This document shows, piece after piece, positions 1-8,279 of a DNA stretch of 24,730 nucleotides. The position numbers were made by a program, and so were the translations under genes. The notes under the pieces are model-generated. The model was not told where the DNA came from. It saw only the letters and a list, made by a program, of their open reading frames with translations, and did no database searches. The stretch's first letter is position 1. Every line of letters begins with the position of its first letter. The stretch lies in the NCBI GenBank assembly GCA_937893885.1, contig CALCTE010000216.1:1-24730 (forward strand), in the 5' to 3' direction. Source of the stretch: an uncultured Clostridia bacterium. Lineage in GTDB: Bacteria; Bacillota; Clostridia; Oscillospirales; CAG-272.

Positions 1-1
1 T

Positions 2-604
2 AGAAATCGTGATTTAACAGAAGTCTATCAAGAATTGCAAAAAATAAAGCATCCAAATCTAACGGTAATAAATGATTTTGTACATGCTAATAATAATACC
101 TATATCGTAGAAGAATTTGTTCAGGGTGATACGTTGCAGGAATTAATTGATTGTAGAGGAATATTTACAGAGCAGGAAACTGCTAAATTAGCAATGAATG
201 TATGCCTTGGATTAGAGGCTTTACACAAACATCAGCCGCAAATAATTCATAATGACCTTAAACCATCTAATATAATGGTTCGTTCGGATGAAAGCATAAA
301 AATATTTGATTATGATATATCAAGAACTTATAAAGAAGATGCCAAAAGGAATACATGTCTTTGGTTAACGGAACCATATGCTGCTCCAGAACATTTTGGG
401 TTTGGAGGACAAACAGAACCTCGTTCAGACATATATTCATTAGGTGTTGTGATGCATGAAATGTTAACAGGTAATACATTAACTGCTGAAAGAAAAACAA
501 CGTATCAAGGGAAAATAGAAAACATAATTGAAACATGCGTAAAGATTAATAAAGATGAACGATATCCTTCTGTTGAAATATTAAGAAAAGATTTGGAAAA
601 ATAA
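2..604 (+). CDS. Ser/Thr protein kinase (Hanks-type), 5'-truncated by the window edge
   Basis: Frame is open from base 2 (RNRDLTEVYQELQKIKHPNL...), so the TTG at 35 is probably not the start. Motifs: HPNL, IVEEFVQG, catalytic loop HNDLKPSNIM, DYD at the DFG position, YAAPE, SDIYSLG, ERY. Confidence 0.9.
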   Translation, partial: RNRDLTEVYQELQKIKHPNLTVINDFVHANNNTYIVEEFVQGDTLQELIDCRGIFTEQETAKLAMNVCLGLEALHKHQPQIIHNDLKPSNIMVRSDESIKIFDYDISRTYKEDAKRNTCLWLTEPYAAPEHFGFGGQTEPRSDIYSLGVVMHEMLTGNTLTAERKTTYQGKIENIIETCVKINKDERYPSVEILRKDLEK

Positions 605-717
605 TAGCCCACCAAAAAATAAGCAGTATAAAAGATTTTTTTAAATTCATAAAACACCTCCGCACAAGGAGTATGCACAAGATTTACAAAAATATACCAA
701 AAAATGGAAATTAATCA

Positions 718-747
718 TTGACAATAATTGGTAAAATATGGTAATAT
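718..747 (+). promoter_or_regulatory. sigma-A-type promoter for spo0A
   Basis: TTGACA (718-723), 18-nt spacer, extended -10 TG-G-TAATAT (742-747); RBS-like AAGGGAG upstream of ATG 791. Confidence 0.65.
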
Positions 748-790
748 CCGTAATCACAGAGAACAAAAACGAATAAGGGAGAAATAAGAA

Positions 791-1531
791 ATGGAAAATT
801 TAGGAAAGATACTCATTGCGGATTCAGACGCCGATTACAGAAAGGAGTGCGAAATTAATTTCAGCAAAAATTTTGATGTCGTAGGGCTTGCAGGGGACGG
901 AGTAGAAGCTATACGCCTTATCAACAGCGCAAAACCTGACGTCGTTATCCTCGATCTATGGCTTTCGAAGCGCGACGGAATAGGTGTTATCGAAGAATTT
1001 GCGGATAAAGCGGACAAGCCCGTATTTATAGTTGCGACTTCCGTAAGCAATATGAATATGTTAAAGGACGCCTCTGCCAAGGGTGCGGCGTACTGCGTAC
1101 GCAAGCCGTTTAACTTCGGAGAGCTTACGGACAGAATAGCGGAGATAATGAAAGGTTCAAAGCCAAGCCCTGCGTCATATACGGACATCGAACAGCAAGT
1201 AACGGAGGTCATACACCTCGTGGGCATTCCCGCTCACATTAAGGGATATAACTATCTTCGCACCGCAATAATGCTTGTGCTCAAGGACACGGGAGCTCTT
1301 GATTCCGTAACTAAGGTACTTTATCCGCTCGTTGCGAAGATGTATCAGACATCGCCCTCAAGAGTGGAAAGAGCCATCCGCCACGCGATAGAGGTCGCTT
1401 GGGACAGAGGTGACTTGGAAACGCTCAACTCAATGTTCGGCTACACGGTGCAAAATTCGCGCGGCAAGCCCACCAATTCGGAGTTCATCGCACTCATTTC
1501 GGATAATCTGCGCATCAAAAATAAGCTGTAA
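791..1531 (+). CDS. spo0A: Sporulation master regulator Spo0A (receiver domain + Spo0A C-terminal DNA-binding domain)
   Basis: Receiver motifs PDVVILD and KPF. C-terminal signature [16 protein letters not shown]...TKVLYP...[18 protein letters not shown]...KPTNSEFIA. Confidence 0.93.
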   Translation: MENLGKILIADSDADYRKECEINFSKNFDVVGLAGDGVEAIRLINSAKPDVVILDLWLSKRDGIGVIEEFADKADKPVFIVATSVSNMNMLKDASAKGAAYCVRKPFNFGELTDRIAEIMKGSKPSPASYTDIEQQVTEVIHLVGIPAHIKGYNYLRTAIMLVLKDTGALDSVTKVLYPLVAKMYQTSPSRVERAIRHAIEVAWDRGDLETLNSMFGYTVQNSRGKPTNSEFIALISDNLRIKNKL

Positions 1532-1545
1532 AGTGCAAATAGATA

Positions 1546-1574
1546 TTGCCTTTTTCCTCCGACAATGTTATAAT
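1546..1574 (+). promoter_or_regulatory. sigma-A-type promoter for the TIGR00266 gene
   Basis: TTGCCT (1546-1551), 17 nt, TG-T-TATAAT (1569-1574); AGGAGG RBS before ATG 1604. Confidence 0.7.
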
Positions 1575-1603
1575 TGTTATAAAGAAAAAGGAGGTATGCA
1601 TTT

Positions 1604-2281
1604 ATGAAGTACAGAATAGAAGGCGGGAATCTCCCCGTCGTGATCTGCGAGCTTAACGAGGGCGAAACGATGGTGACCGAAAGCGGTGCTATGAGCTGGA
1701 TGAGTCCAAATATGGAGCTTGAAACCTCCGCGGGCAGCTTCGGAAAAGCTATGGGCAGAATGTTTTCGGGCGAAAGTATATTTTTGAACAAATATACGGC
1801 GGTAGGAAAGAACGGAATGATAGCTTTTGCATCTTCCTTCCCCGGTACCATAAAGCCGTTCGTTATAAGTGACGGATCGGAACTCGTATTGCAAAAGAAG
1901 GCTTTTCTTGCGGCAGAGTCGGGAGTCGAACTTTCCGTATGGTTTACGAAAAAGTTTGGCGCAGGACTCGTCGGCGGAGAAGGATTTATTTTGCAAAAAA
2001 TATCGGGCAAGGGCATTGTTTTTGCCGAGTTCGACGGACACGTCATTGAATACGAGCTTGCCGAAGGAGAGCAGGTAGTTTTGAGTTCGGGACATCTTGC
2101 CGCAATGACCGCAAGCTGTAAAATGGAGGTCAAGACCGTAAAAGGCTTAAAAAACAAGCTTTTCGGCGGAGAAGGCTTTTTCAACACGGTAGTAACGGGT
2201 CCGGGCAAGCTTTGGATACAGACGATGCCTCTTATAAACGTCGCATCGGCAATCAGCCCGTACGTCGGTTCGGGAAAATGA
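1604..2281 (+). CDS. AIM24 / TIGR00266 family protein (function unknown)
   Basis: ESGAMSWM, RMFSGESIFLN, QKKAFLA, GGEGFILQK, FGGEGFF, GPGKLWIQT motifs typical of this family; strong RBS. Confidence 0.88.
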   Translation: MKYRIEGGNLPVVICELNEGETMVTESGAMSWMSPNMELETSAGSFGKAMGRMFSGESIFLNKYTAVGKNGMIAFASSFPGTIKPFVISDGSELVLQKKAFLAAESGVELSVWFTKKFGAGLVGGEGFILQKISGKGIVFAEFDGHVIEYELAEGEQVVLSSGHLAAMTASCKMEVKTVKGLKNKLFGGEGFFNTVVTGPGKLWIQTMPLINVASAISPYVGSGK

Positions 2282-2288
2282 TAAAGTT

Positions 2289-2317
2289 AAAGGAGACGGT
2301 TTTGCCGTCTCCTTTTT
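2289..2317. terminator. Bidirectional intrinsic terminator between convergent genes
   Basis: AAAGGAGACGG-TTTTG-CCGTCTCCTTT perfect 11-bp stem with T-runs on both strands. Confidence 0.85.
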
Positions 2318-2990
2318 ACATTACGAAAAATATTATGCAAAGTGCGTGAAGTATACTTCCGTAAAGAACGAACAAGTGAAATACCGAATGAAAATATTTC
2401 TTTTTCTTTCCTGCGTTATAAAAAATAACGCCCGCCGTATACATTATGCCACCCGAAAGAAGTAGCCAAAATCCCGTGCTTCCAAGTGAGCGGTACACCT
2501 TCGTTATTGAGAAAATAATAGACCAGCCTATGCCCACGTAGCAAAGCATACTGAAAACCTTATATTTCTTCAAGTCGATAGCCGTAAGCGTCGTGGCAAG
2601 TGCGGTCAGTCCCCATACGACGCCGAAGGTGACATATGCGGCAACGGGAGATACCTTCACGAGCGAACAAAGCAAAATGGGCGTATACGTGCCCGCTATC
2701 AAAAAGTATATTGTGCAATGGTCGAGCACCTGAAAGACCTTTTTCGCAGTTTCGTTTGTAAGCCCGTGATATATGCTCGATACGGTATACAGAAGAATCA
2801 TCGTCGCGCCGAACACGGCTCCCGTCACCACGCCCGTAACGTTTCCCTTTAAAGCGGCGGTGATAACGCAGGCGGCAGTCACCAAGATACCCAAAGCTCC
2901 GCCGACGATGTGGGAGCTCATATTGAATATCTCCTCTCCCTTCGTGTAGAAGGGCAGTATTCTTTCCTTGAATGATGTTTTCTTTGCCAT
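2316..2990 (-). CDS. Haemolysin III family (PAQR/TrhA-like) integral membrane protein
   Basis: EEIFNMSSH, SSIYH, LDHCTIYFLIAGTYTP, HSVFHLFV motifs; about 7 hydrophobic segments. Confidence 0.9.
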   Translation of the reverse strand: MAKKTSFKERILPFYTKGEEIFNMSSHIVGGALGILVTAACVITAALKGNVTGVVTGAVFGATMILLYTVSSIYHGLTNETAKKVFQVLDHCTIYFLIAGTYTPILLCSLVKVSPVAAYVTFGVVWGLTALATTLTAIDLKKYKVFSMLCYVGIGWSIIFSITKVYRSLGSTGFWLLLSGGIMYTAGVIFYNAGKKKKYFHSVFHLFVLYGSILHALCIIFFVM

Positions 2991-3018
2991 GATCTATTCC
3001 TTTCAGCGTGGGAGCGTC

Positions 3019-3822
3019 TTATTTCTTCACGTAATATCTTCTTGCAAGCCAATCCGAAAGCCCGTCAAGTCCCGGATAAACGACCCTCTCGTTTATATTT
3101 AGCTGGTCAAGCATATCCCTTACGCGCCATTTGATATCCTTTTTAATTATATATTTCACCGTATTTTTCGTGTTACGCGCCAAAAAGCCCTCTATATCGT
3201 TCATATCACAGGGGACGAGCGAAAAATACGAATACTGATTTATTATCCTCGGCTCTATAGATGGCGGCTCAACGATGACCATAGCGTCGTTGCCCATATC
3301 CTCGTCGTACTCGGAAAGCGAGGTGCAAGCGCTGTCAAGCAGGTCAAGGCTCATCGCGAGAGTGCGGTTTGCCTTAAGCGGCGCCTTATATTTTTCGGGA
3401 AGAAGCGAGTGCATCTCCTCCATATCTATCTTCCACACCACCGCATCGTGCTTGTCAAGCGCATTCAAGCTTTCGCCCGTCGTCGCGAAATGCAGTCCTA
3501 TAAGCGGCGAATGAGACCAGTCAAGAAGTCTCGTGGGAAGGCCGTGGTGTCTGCCGACTATCATCTGACGCCATACGGAATTTCCAATCTCGGCATCGTC
3601 TATAACCGCGTATTTCGTGAAATTACGCAAAATTATCGGCTCAAGCTCCTTTTGCTTTCCCTTGCAGTTGAGCTTTAAACTCGAACAAAGCTTCCATGAG
3701 GCATTTGGCATACCTCTGTATAAAAAGGCGTTGCGGTAACGGTCTATCGCTTCGATCCTCGTTTGCTCCGAAAGAAGCTCCATAACCTTATCCATAGAAT
3801 CTATAATAACCGTCGTCACCAA
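3019..3822 (-). CDS. FRG domain-containing protein
   Basis: FLYRG, RHHGLPTRLLDWSHSPLIGLHFA, PRIINQYSYF and LDQLNINERVVYPGLDGL motifs; TTG start with GGAGG RBS. Confidence 0.88.
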   Translation of the reverse strand: MVTTVIIDSMDKVMELLSEQTRIEAIDRYRNAFLYRGMPNASWKLCSSLKLNCKGKQKELEPIILRNFTKYAVIDDAEIGNSVWRQMIVGRHHGLPTRLLDWSHSPLIGLHFATTGESLNALDKHDAVVWKIDMEEMHSLLPEKYKAPLKANRTLAMSLDLLDSACTSLSEYDEDMGNDAMVIVEPPSIEPRIINQYSYFSLVPCDMNDIEGFLARNTKNTVKYIIKKDIKWRVRDMLDQLNINERVVYPGLDGLSDWLARRYYVKK

Positions 3823-3825
3823 AGC

Positions 3826-4572
3826 TTATACCTCCCCTTTCTCCGTTCTCGGATGCTTTTCGTAACCCGTTCCCTGTGCTCTCTCCAATGCGCCGAATAT
3901 GTTTTTGATAACCGAAGGATTATCTTTTTGGAGGCTGTACATAAGCTTTTTCATTTCCTCCCTTTGCGTATTTCCGTTAGCCGGGCACTTGCTCTCCACT
4001 ACGGGAAGCCAACTGTTTCTCGTAAAAGCGGCAACGCTTCCTTCAGGCGCATAGATAAGCGGACGTATGACCGTAAGATCGCTTCTGTCAAGATACGTTA
4101 CCGGTGCAAAGCTTCCAAATCGCCCTGCATAAAAGAGGTTAAGAAGCACCGTCTCTACCACGTCATCGTAGTTATGCCCCAGCGCAAGCTTATTGCACCC
4201 GAGCGCCTTCGCCGCATCGTTTATCGCGCCACGGCGCATCCTTGCGCAAAGCGAGCAGGGGTTACTTTCTTTCCTTACATTAAATATGACCTCATATATC
4301 TGTGAGCTTACAACGTGATATTCGACTCCAAGCTCTTTGCAAAGCTTGGCTATCGGGCTGTAATCCGTATCGGGAAAGCCCATATCCACGGTGATCGCGC
4401 AAAGCTCATATTTCTCGGGATAAAAATTTCGCAAATTTGCCAAAGCCACAAGTAGCGTTAAGGAATCCTTACCGCCCGATACGCCCACTGCCACTTTGTC
4501 TCCGTTTTTGAGCATATCGTAGTTTTCGCACGCGCGTCTGGTGAAGCTTAAAATGTTCTGTAAATCGATCAT
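3826..4572 (-). CDS. ttcA: tRNA 2-thiocytidine biosynthesis TtcA-family PP-loop ATPase
   Basis: PP-loop SGGKDS, PCSLCARMRRG, LALGHNYDD, VIRPLIY, late CPANG. Confidence 0.85.
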   Translation of the reverse strand: MIDLQNILSFTRRACENYDMLKNGDKVAVGVSGGKDSLTLLVALANLRNFYPEKYELCAITVDMGFPDTDYSPIAKLCKELGVEYHVVSSQIYEVIFNVRKESNPCSLCARMRRGAINDAAKALGCNKLALGHNYDDVVETVLLNLFYAGRFGSFAPVTYLDRSDLTVIRPLIYAPEGSVAAFTRNSWLPVVESKCPANGNTQREEMKKLMYSLQKDNPSVIKNIFGALERAQGTGYEKHPRTEKGEV

Positions 4573-4592
4573 AACGAGCCCTCCGGTATGAA

Positions 4593-4621
4593 ATTATACA
4601 ATATATCACCTTATTTTTCAA
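4593..4621 (-). promoter_or_regulatory. sigma-A-type promoter for the ttcA-FRG-hlyIII operon
   Basis: Minus strand TTGAAA (4621-4616), 17 nt, TATAAT (4598-4593); GGAGG RBS follows. Confidence 0.7.
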
Positions 4622-4725
4622 CTCTTTTTCAAAAAACGGCGATTTAGAAAAAACGAGAAAAAGCGAGAAAAACTATAGATTAAACGAGTAAGTTATAAAG
4701 ATTTTTGATTTTTTAAAAAAATCTA

Positions 4726-4753
4726 TTGACAAGCGTAAAATTTGTGATATACT
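4726..4753 (+). promoter_or_regulatory. sigma-A-type promoter for rplM-rpsI
   Basis: TTGACA (4726-4731), 16 nt, TG-A-TATACT (4748-4753), AT-rich UP-like region upstream. Confidence 0.75.
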
Positions 4754-4792
4754 ATGAGAGCTTTGAAAATAGTAAATTAACGGAGGAAAACA

Positions 4793-5221
4793 ATGGCTAC
4801 TTATATGGCAAAAAAAGAAGAGCTTAACCGTAAGTGGTATGTAATTGACGCCGCAGGCAAGACCGCAGGCCGCGTTGCAGCTACAGCAGCATCCATTCTT
4901 AACGGTAAGCACAAACCCGAATACACACCCCACGTTGACTGCGGTGATTTCGTTATCATCGTTAACGCTGCAAAGGTAGTATGGACAGGCAAGAAGCTTG
5001 ATCAGAAGAAATACTACCGTCACACAGGTTACGTAGGCGGTATCAAAGAGCAGAGCCTTCGCGACGTTATGGAGAAGAAGCCCGAGTTTGCAATGAAGCA
5101 GGCTGTTAAGGGAATGCTTCCCCACAACACCATCGGCGCCGCTTCCATCGGCAGACTCAAGGTATACGCAGGCGCAGAGCACGAGCAACAGGCACAGAAG
5201 CCCGAAGCTTACGAAGCATAA
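4793..5221 (+). CDS. rplM: 50S ribosomal protein L13
   Basis: [48 protein letters not shown]. Confidence 0.99.
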   Translation: MATYMAKKEELNRKWYVIDAAGKTAGRVAATAASILNGKHKPEYTPHVDCGDFVIIVNAAKVVWTGKKLDQKKYYRHTGYVGGIKEQSLRDVMEKKPEFAMKQAVKGMLPHNTIGAASIGRLKVYAGAEHEQQAQKPEAYEA

Positions 5222-5235
5222 GGAGGTAATGACAA

Positions 5236-5640
5236 ATGACATATACAACCGCTAAGCCTTACTTCTACGGCACAGGAAGAAGAAAGAAGTCTGTTGCAAG
5301 GGTTAGACTTTACCCCGGCACAGGCGCAGTTACAGTTAACGGCAGAGATATCGACGATTACTTCGGTCTTGAGACTTTGAAGCTCATCGTTCGTCAACCC
5401 TTCGCAGTTACAGGTAACGAAGGAAAATACGACATCGTTGCAACAGTTGCAGGTGGCGGCATCTCCGGTCAGGCAGGTGCTATCCGTCACGGCGTTGCAA
5501 GAGCTCTTTTGCAGGCAGACGAGGAATTCCGCGCTTCTTTAAAGAAGGCAGGACTTCTCACTCGTGACCCCAGAATGAAGGAAAGAAAGAAGTACGGTCT
5601 CAAAGCCGCACGTCGCGCTCCCCAGTTCTCCAAGAGATAA
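5236..5640 (+). CDS. rpsI: 30S ribosomal protein S9
   Basis: [53 protein letters not shown]. Confidence 0.99.
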   Translation: MTYTTAKPYFYGTGRRKKSVARVRLYPGTGAVTVNGRDIDDYFGLETLKLIVRQPFAVTGNEGKYDIVATVAGGGISGQAGAIRHGVARALLQADEEFRASLKKAGLLTRDPRMKERKKYGLKAARRAPQFSKR

Positions 5641-5696
5641 AATCATACTTTTTACCGTTTTTTGCTTTGCCGAGCAACAAAAACGCAAGCGTTGTT

Positions 5697-5723
5697 CCGC
5701 AGCCGAGCAAGTCTCGGCTGCGG
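5697..5723. other. GC-rich stem-loop downstream of rpsI (no clear U-tract)
   Basis: CCGCAGCCGAG-CAAGT-CTCGGCTGCGG perfect 11-bp stem. Confidence 0.6.
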
Positions 5724-5789
5724 CAATTTGCAATATTGCCCTAAAAAATTACGTATTTTTAAGGAACGCTTACGTTTTATGAAAGCGAG

Positions 5790-6884
5790 GTGAACCGATT
5801 GCAAAAGATTAAGGCGCTTTTTAAAAAGCTTGCCCGTTTTGCAACCAAAAACATTTATTCCGCGCTGTTTTTACTTATAGGAATAACAGCGGCAATTATT
5901 TCAAAGGACTACGTTCAGGGAAACATCTGTATTTTCAAAGACATTCGAGGCGAAGGCATAGATAAGGAAGCAAGTCTTATGTATGCCGCGGATAATTGGC
6001 AAAGCACTCATAAAAACGGAATCAATACAGCCGAAAAAACCGTAATTATTGACGATGCGGGAATAATTAGGGAATACGTCACGAGTGCCAAGACGGTGTC
6101 AGAACTCTTTTCTGAAAAAAATATCGAGCTTGGATCATACGACGTTGCAGTTCCATACGGAAACGCCGCGATTTCGGACGGCATGACCGTATATATAACG
6201 AGAATCGACTACGTCGTGCAAAGCGTTGAAACAAAATTGCCGTTTGAAACGGTGATAAATGACGTGGATACGGTCATGAAGGGTACTACCGTCGTCGCTA
6301 CAGAAGGCAAGGAAGGCTTAAGGCTTGATAAGGTTGCCGTAAAATGCGTAAACGGCGTGATGACGAATGAGCGAAAAGTCATTTCAAGTACGGTAATGGA
6401 AGAACCGATAACGTGTGTTAAAGAGCACGGTGTCGGAGGAACATTCCGCGCACCCAACGGCAAGGTATACAGTTATCTTTACCGTCGCAAATGTGTCGCA
6501 ACCGCGTATTATGACGCTTATAACAGAGGTAAAGTGGCAACGGGACACGCGACCGTTCCCGGAATAGTCGCAGTAGACTACAAAGTAATACCGCTTCACT
6601 CAAGAGTTTACGTTACGGGTGGGATAGGTGACTTCGGAATTTTGAGAGCCGAGGACGTAGGCAACTTCAGAGGTGACTGGATCGATATATATTTTGATAC
6701 GATCGAGGAATGCTACGCATTCGGAAGGCAGACGATGAACGTATACGTGCTGGAGGTAAACGCTTGCGACGTATGGGTACACGATCCTGCACAAACGCAA
6801 GACATAGGATATCCGGGCCCGAATTGGTATTATAATAAGAACAATAAGGAAGAGGATTCCGAGGTCGAAGAAACGTCGAAGTAA
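5790..6884 (+). CDS. Membrane-anchored DUF348/G5/3D-domain cell-wall protein (YabE/Sps-like putative lytic transglycosylase)
   Basis: N-terminal TM helix; DUF348-like TVSELFSEKNIEL...ISDGMTVYITR; G5-like LPFET...EGKEG...EPI...G; 3D domain ATAY...VAVDYKVIPLHSRVYV...AEDVG...IDIYF. Confidence 0.85.
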   Translation: MNRLQKIKALFKKLARFATKNIYSALFLLIGITAAIISKDYVQGNICIFKDIRGEGIDKEASLMYAADNWQSTHKNGINTAEKTVIIDDAGIIREYVTSAKTVSELFSEKNIELGSYDVAVPYGNAAISDGMTVYITRIDYVVQSVETKLPFETVINDVDTVMKGTTVVATEGKEGLRLDKVAVKCVNGVMTNERKVISSTVMEEPITCVKEHGVGGTFRAPNGKVYSYLYRRKCVATAYYDAYNRGKVATGHATVPGIVAVDYKVIPLHSRVYVTGGIGDFGILRAEDVGNFRGDWIDIYFDTIEECYAFGRQTMNVYVLEVNACDVWVHDPAQTQDIGYPGPNWYYNKNNKEEDSEVEETSK

Positions 6885-6938
6885 ACGGCGCGACACCTTT
6901 TGAAATCGGATACAATATAACCTATAAGGAGAAATTTT

Positions 6939-8231
6939 ATGGCTAAAAATTCCAAAAAGAACATAGGCAACACCGTATTACTTTACGTTCTCTGTGCGCT
7001 TGTAGTAGTCGGTATCGCCGCAATAATCTTCACAAACTTTCTCGGCAGAAACGATATGTTTGCTGACAAATATTTTATGAACGTCATCTCCACACTTTTA
7101 GACAAGAAGCCCGCGAACATAACCGAAGAAGATCTTGCAAGCATCAAATATCTTGCCTTGAACTATCCCGCGCAGGACGAAAGCGGAAATCAGATTCTCA
7201 CAGCGCAGATAGGCTATGACGATGCGATAAACGCACTCAAAGATCCCGAAGTTGAAAGCAAGACGCAGATCATCGCACTCGGCAATTATATGACCGATTT
7301 TTCGGACATTAAGTATTTCACAGGACTTCAAGCGCTCATAGTAGAGGGCACCGAGATCGAAAACATCGAATTTGCGAAGGAATGCACAAATCTTGAGTAT
7401 CTTTCCGTAGGATCGGAAAAGCTTACAGACATTTCCGCACTTTCCGCTATGACGAAGCTCGTAGAAGCGGGTCTTTCGGGAGCTGCTTTGACTGACGTAT
7501 CCGTACTCGCAAACTGCAAGGAGCTTACCGGACTTTTCATTGACAGAAACGAGATTACCGATCTTTCCGCACTTTCTTCTCTTACGAAGCTCGAAAACAT
7601 TGATATTTCGGGTAACAAGGAGCTTTCCGACATCTCGTTTATTTCGAATATGACCGCTATGAAGACCTTAGCATTTGACGACACCAAGATAAGCAACATA
7701 TCTCCCTTAGCTAATTTGACAAATCTTGAGCAGATATCGTTCGCAAACTGCAGCGTTGAAGATATCTCCGCGCTCGAAAAGTGCACGAAGGTCACGACGC
7801 TCGTAGCAAGCACGAACAAGATCACCGACATCTCCTCTATCGCGGGTATGAAGGATATGGAAAACCTTGATCTTGGCACTAACAACATCTCCGATATCTC
7901 CGCTCTTTCCGCTATGACTAAACTCTATATCTGCAATCTTAACGATAACGATATCAAAGACGTAAGTGCACTTAAAGATGCAAAGGATATCTACAGCCTC
8001 AACCTTCTCGGAAACGGCGTGATCAAGGATACAAGCCCCATTAAGACTCTCATCGACGCTTCTAAAGAAGAATCCCCCAAGTGCTACGTATGGATGGATA
8101 CGGAAGATGATGAAAAGTCCGAAGAATCCACCGAGGAAGACAAGGACACAAGCGAAGAAACCGGCACCGAAAAGGAAGACATAACAGAAGTCGAAACGAC
8201 CGAAACAACGGAAGAAAATACTGAAGAATAA
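6939..8231 (+). CDS. Internalin-type leucine-rich repeat surface protein with N-terminal membrane anchor and acidic C-terminal tail
   Basis: Basic N-terminus then hydrophobic helix; about 11 repeats of ~22 aa (e.g. LTNLEQISFANCSVEDISALEK; ISALSAMTKL occurs twice); E/D/T-rich tail; AAGGAG RBS. Confidence 0.88.
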   Translation: MAKNSKKNIGNTVLLYVLCALVVVGIAAIIFTNFLGRNDMFADKYFMNVISTLLDKKPANITEEDLASIKYLALNYPAQDESGNQILTAQIGYDDAINALKDPEVESKTQIIALGNYMTDFSDIKYFTGLQALIVEGTEIENIEFAKECTNLEYLSVGSEKLTDISALSAMTKLVEAGLSGAALTDVSVLANCKELTGLFIDRNEITDLSALSSLTKLENIDISGNKELSDISFISNMTAMKTLAFDDTKISNISPLANLTNLEQISFANCSVEDISALEKCTKVTTLVASTNKITDISSIAGMKDMENLDLGTNNISDISALSAMTKLYICNLNDNDIKDVSALKDAKDIYSLNLLGNGVIKDTSPIKTLIDASKEESPKCYVWMDTEDDEKSEESTEEDKDTSEETGTEKEDITEVETTETTEENTEE

Positions 8232-8237
8232 AAATTT

Positions 8238-8274
8238 AAGAGCCGATACGGAGTGATCCGTACCGGCTCTTTTT
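8238..8274. terminator. Intrinsic terminator between the LRR gene and the convergent AraC gene
   Basis: AAGAGCCG-a-TACGGA-GTGA-TCCGTA-c-CGGCTCTT stem (one mismatch), T-run on +. Confidence 0.8.
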
Positions 8275-8279
8275 CTGTC

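Noticed and set aside
655..681. GCACAAG direct repeat and small CTCC/GGAG hairpin near the GC transition as an att site
   Set aside because: Too short, with no partner site or integrase visible in the window.
1441..2208. Long antisense ORFs (255 aa here; also 9735-10373, 20289-21023, 22633-23352, 7328-7888, 4673-5248)
   Set aside because: They lie opposite well-supported genes, show no recognisable motifs, and are explained as codon-bias shadows.
4644..4672. GAGAAAAA-type short repeats between ttcA and rplM
   Set aside because: Low-complexity A-tracts consistent with promoter upstream elements; no further support.
5641..5789. c-di-AMP (ydaO) or other known riboswitch ahead of the 3D-domain gene
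   Set aside because: I could not find the conserved sequence blocks of known riboswitches; kept only as an unexplained structure.
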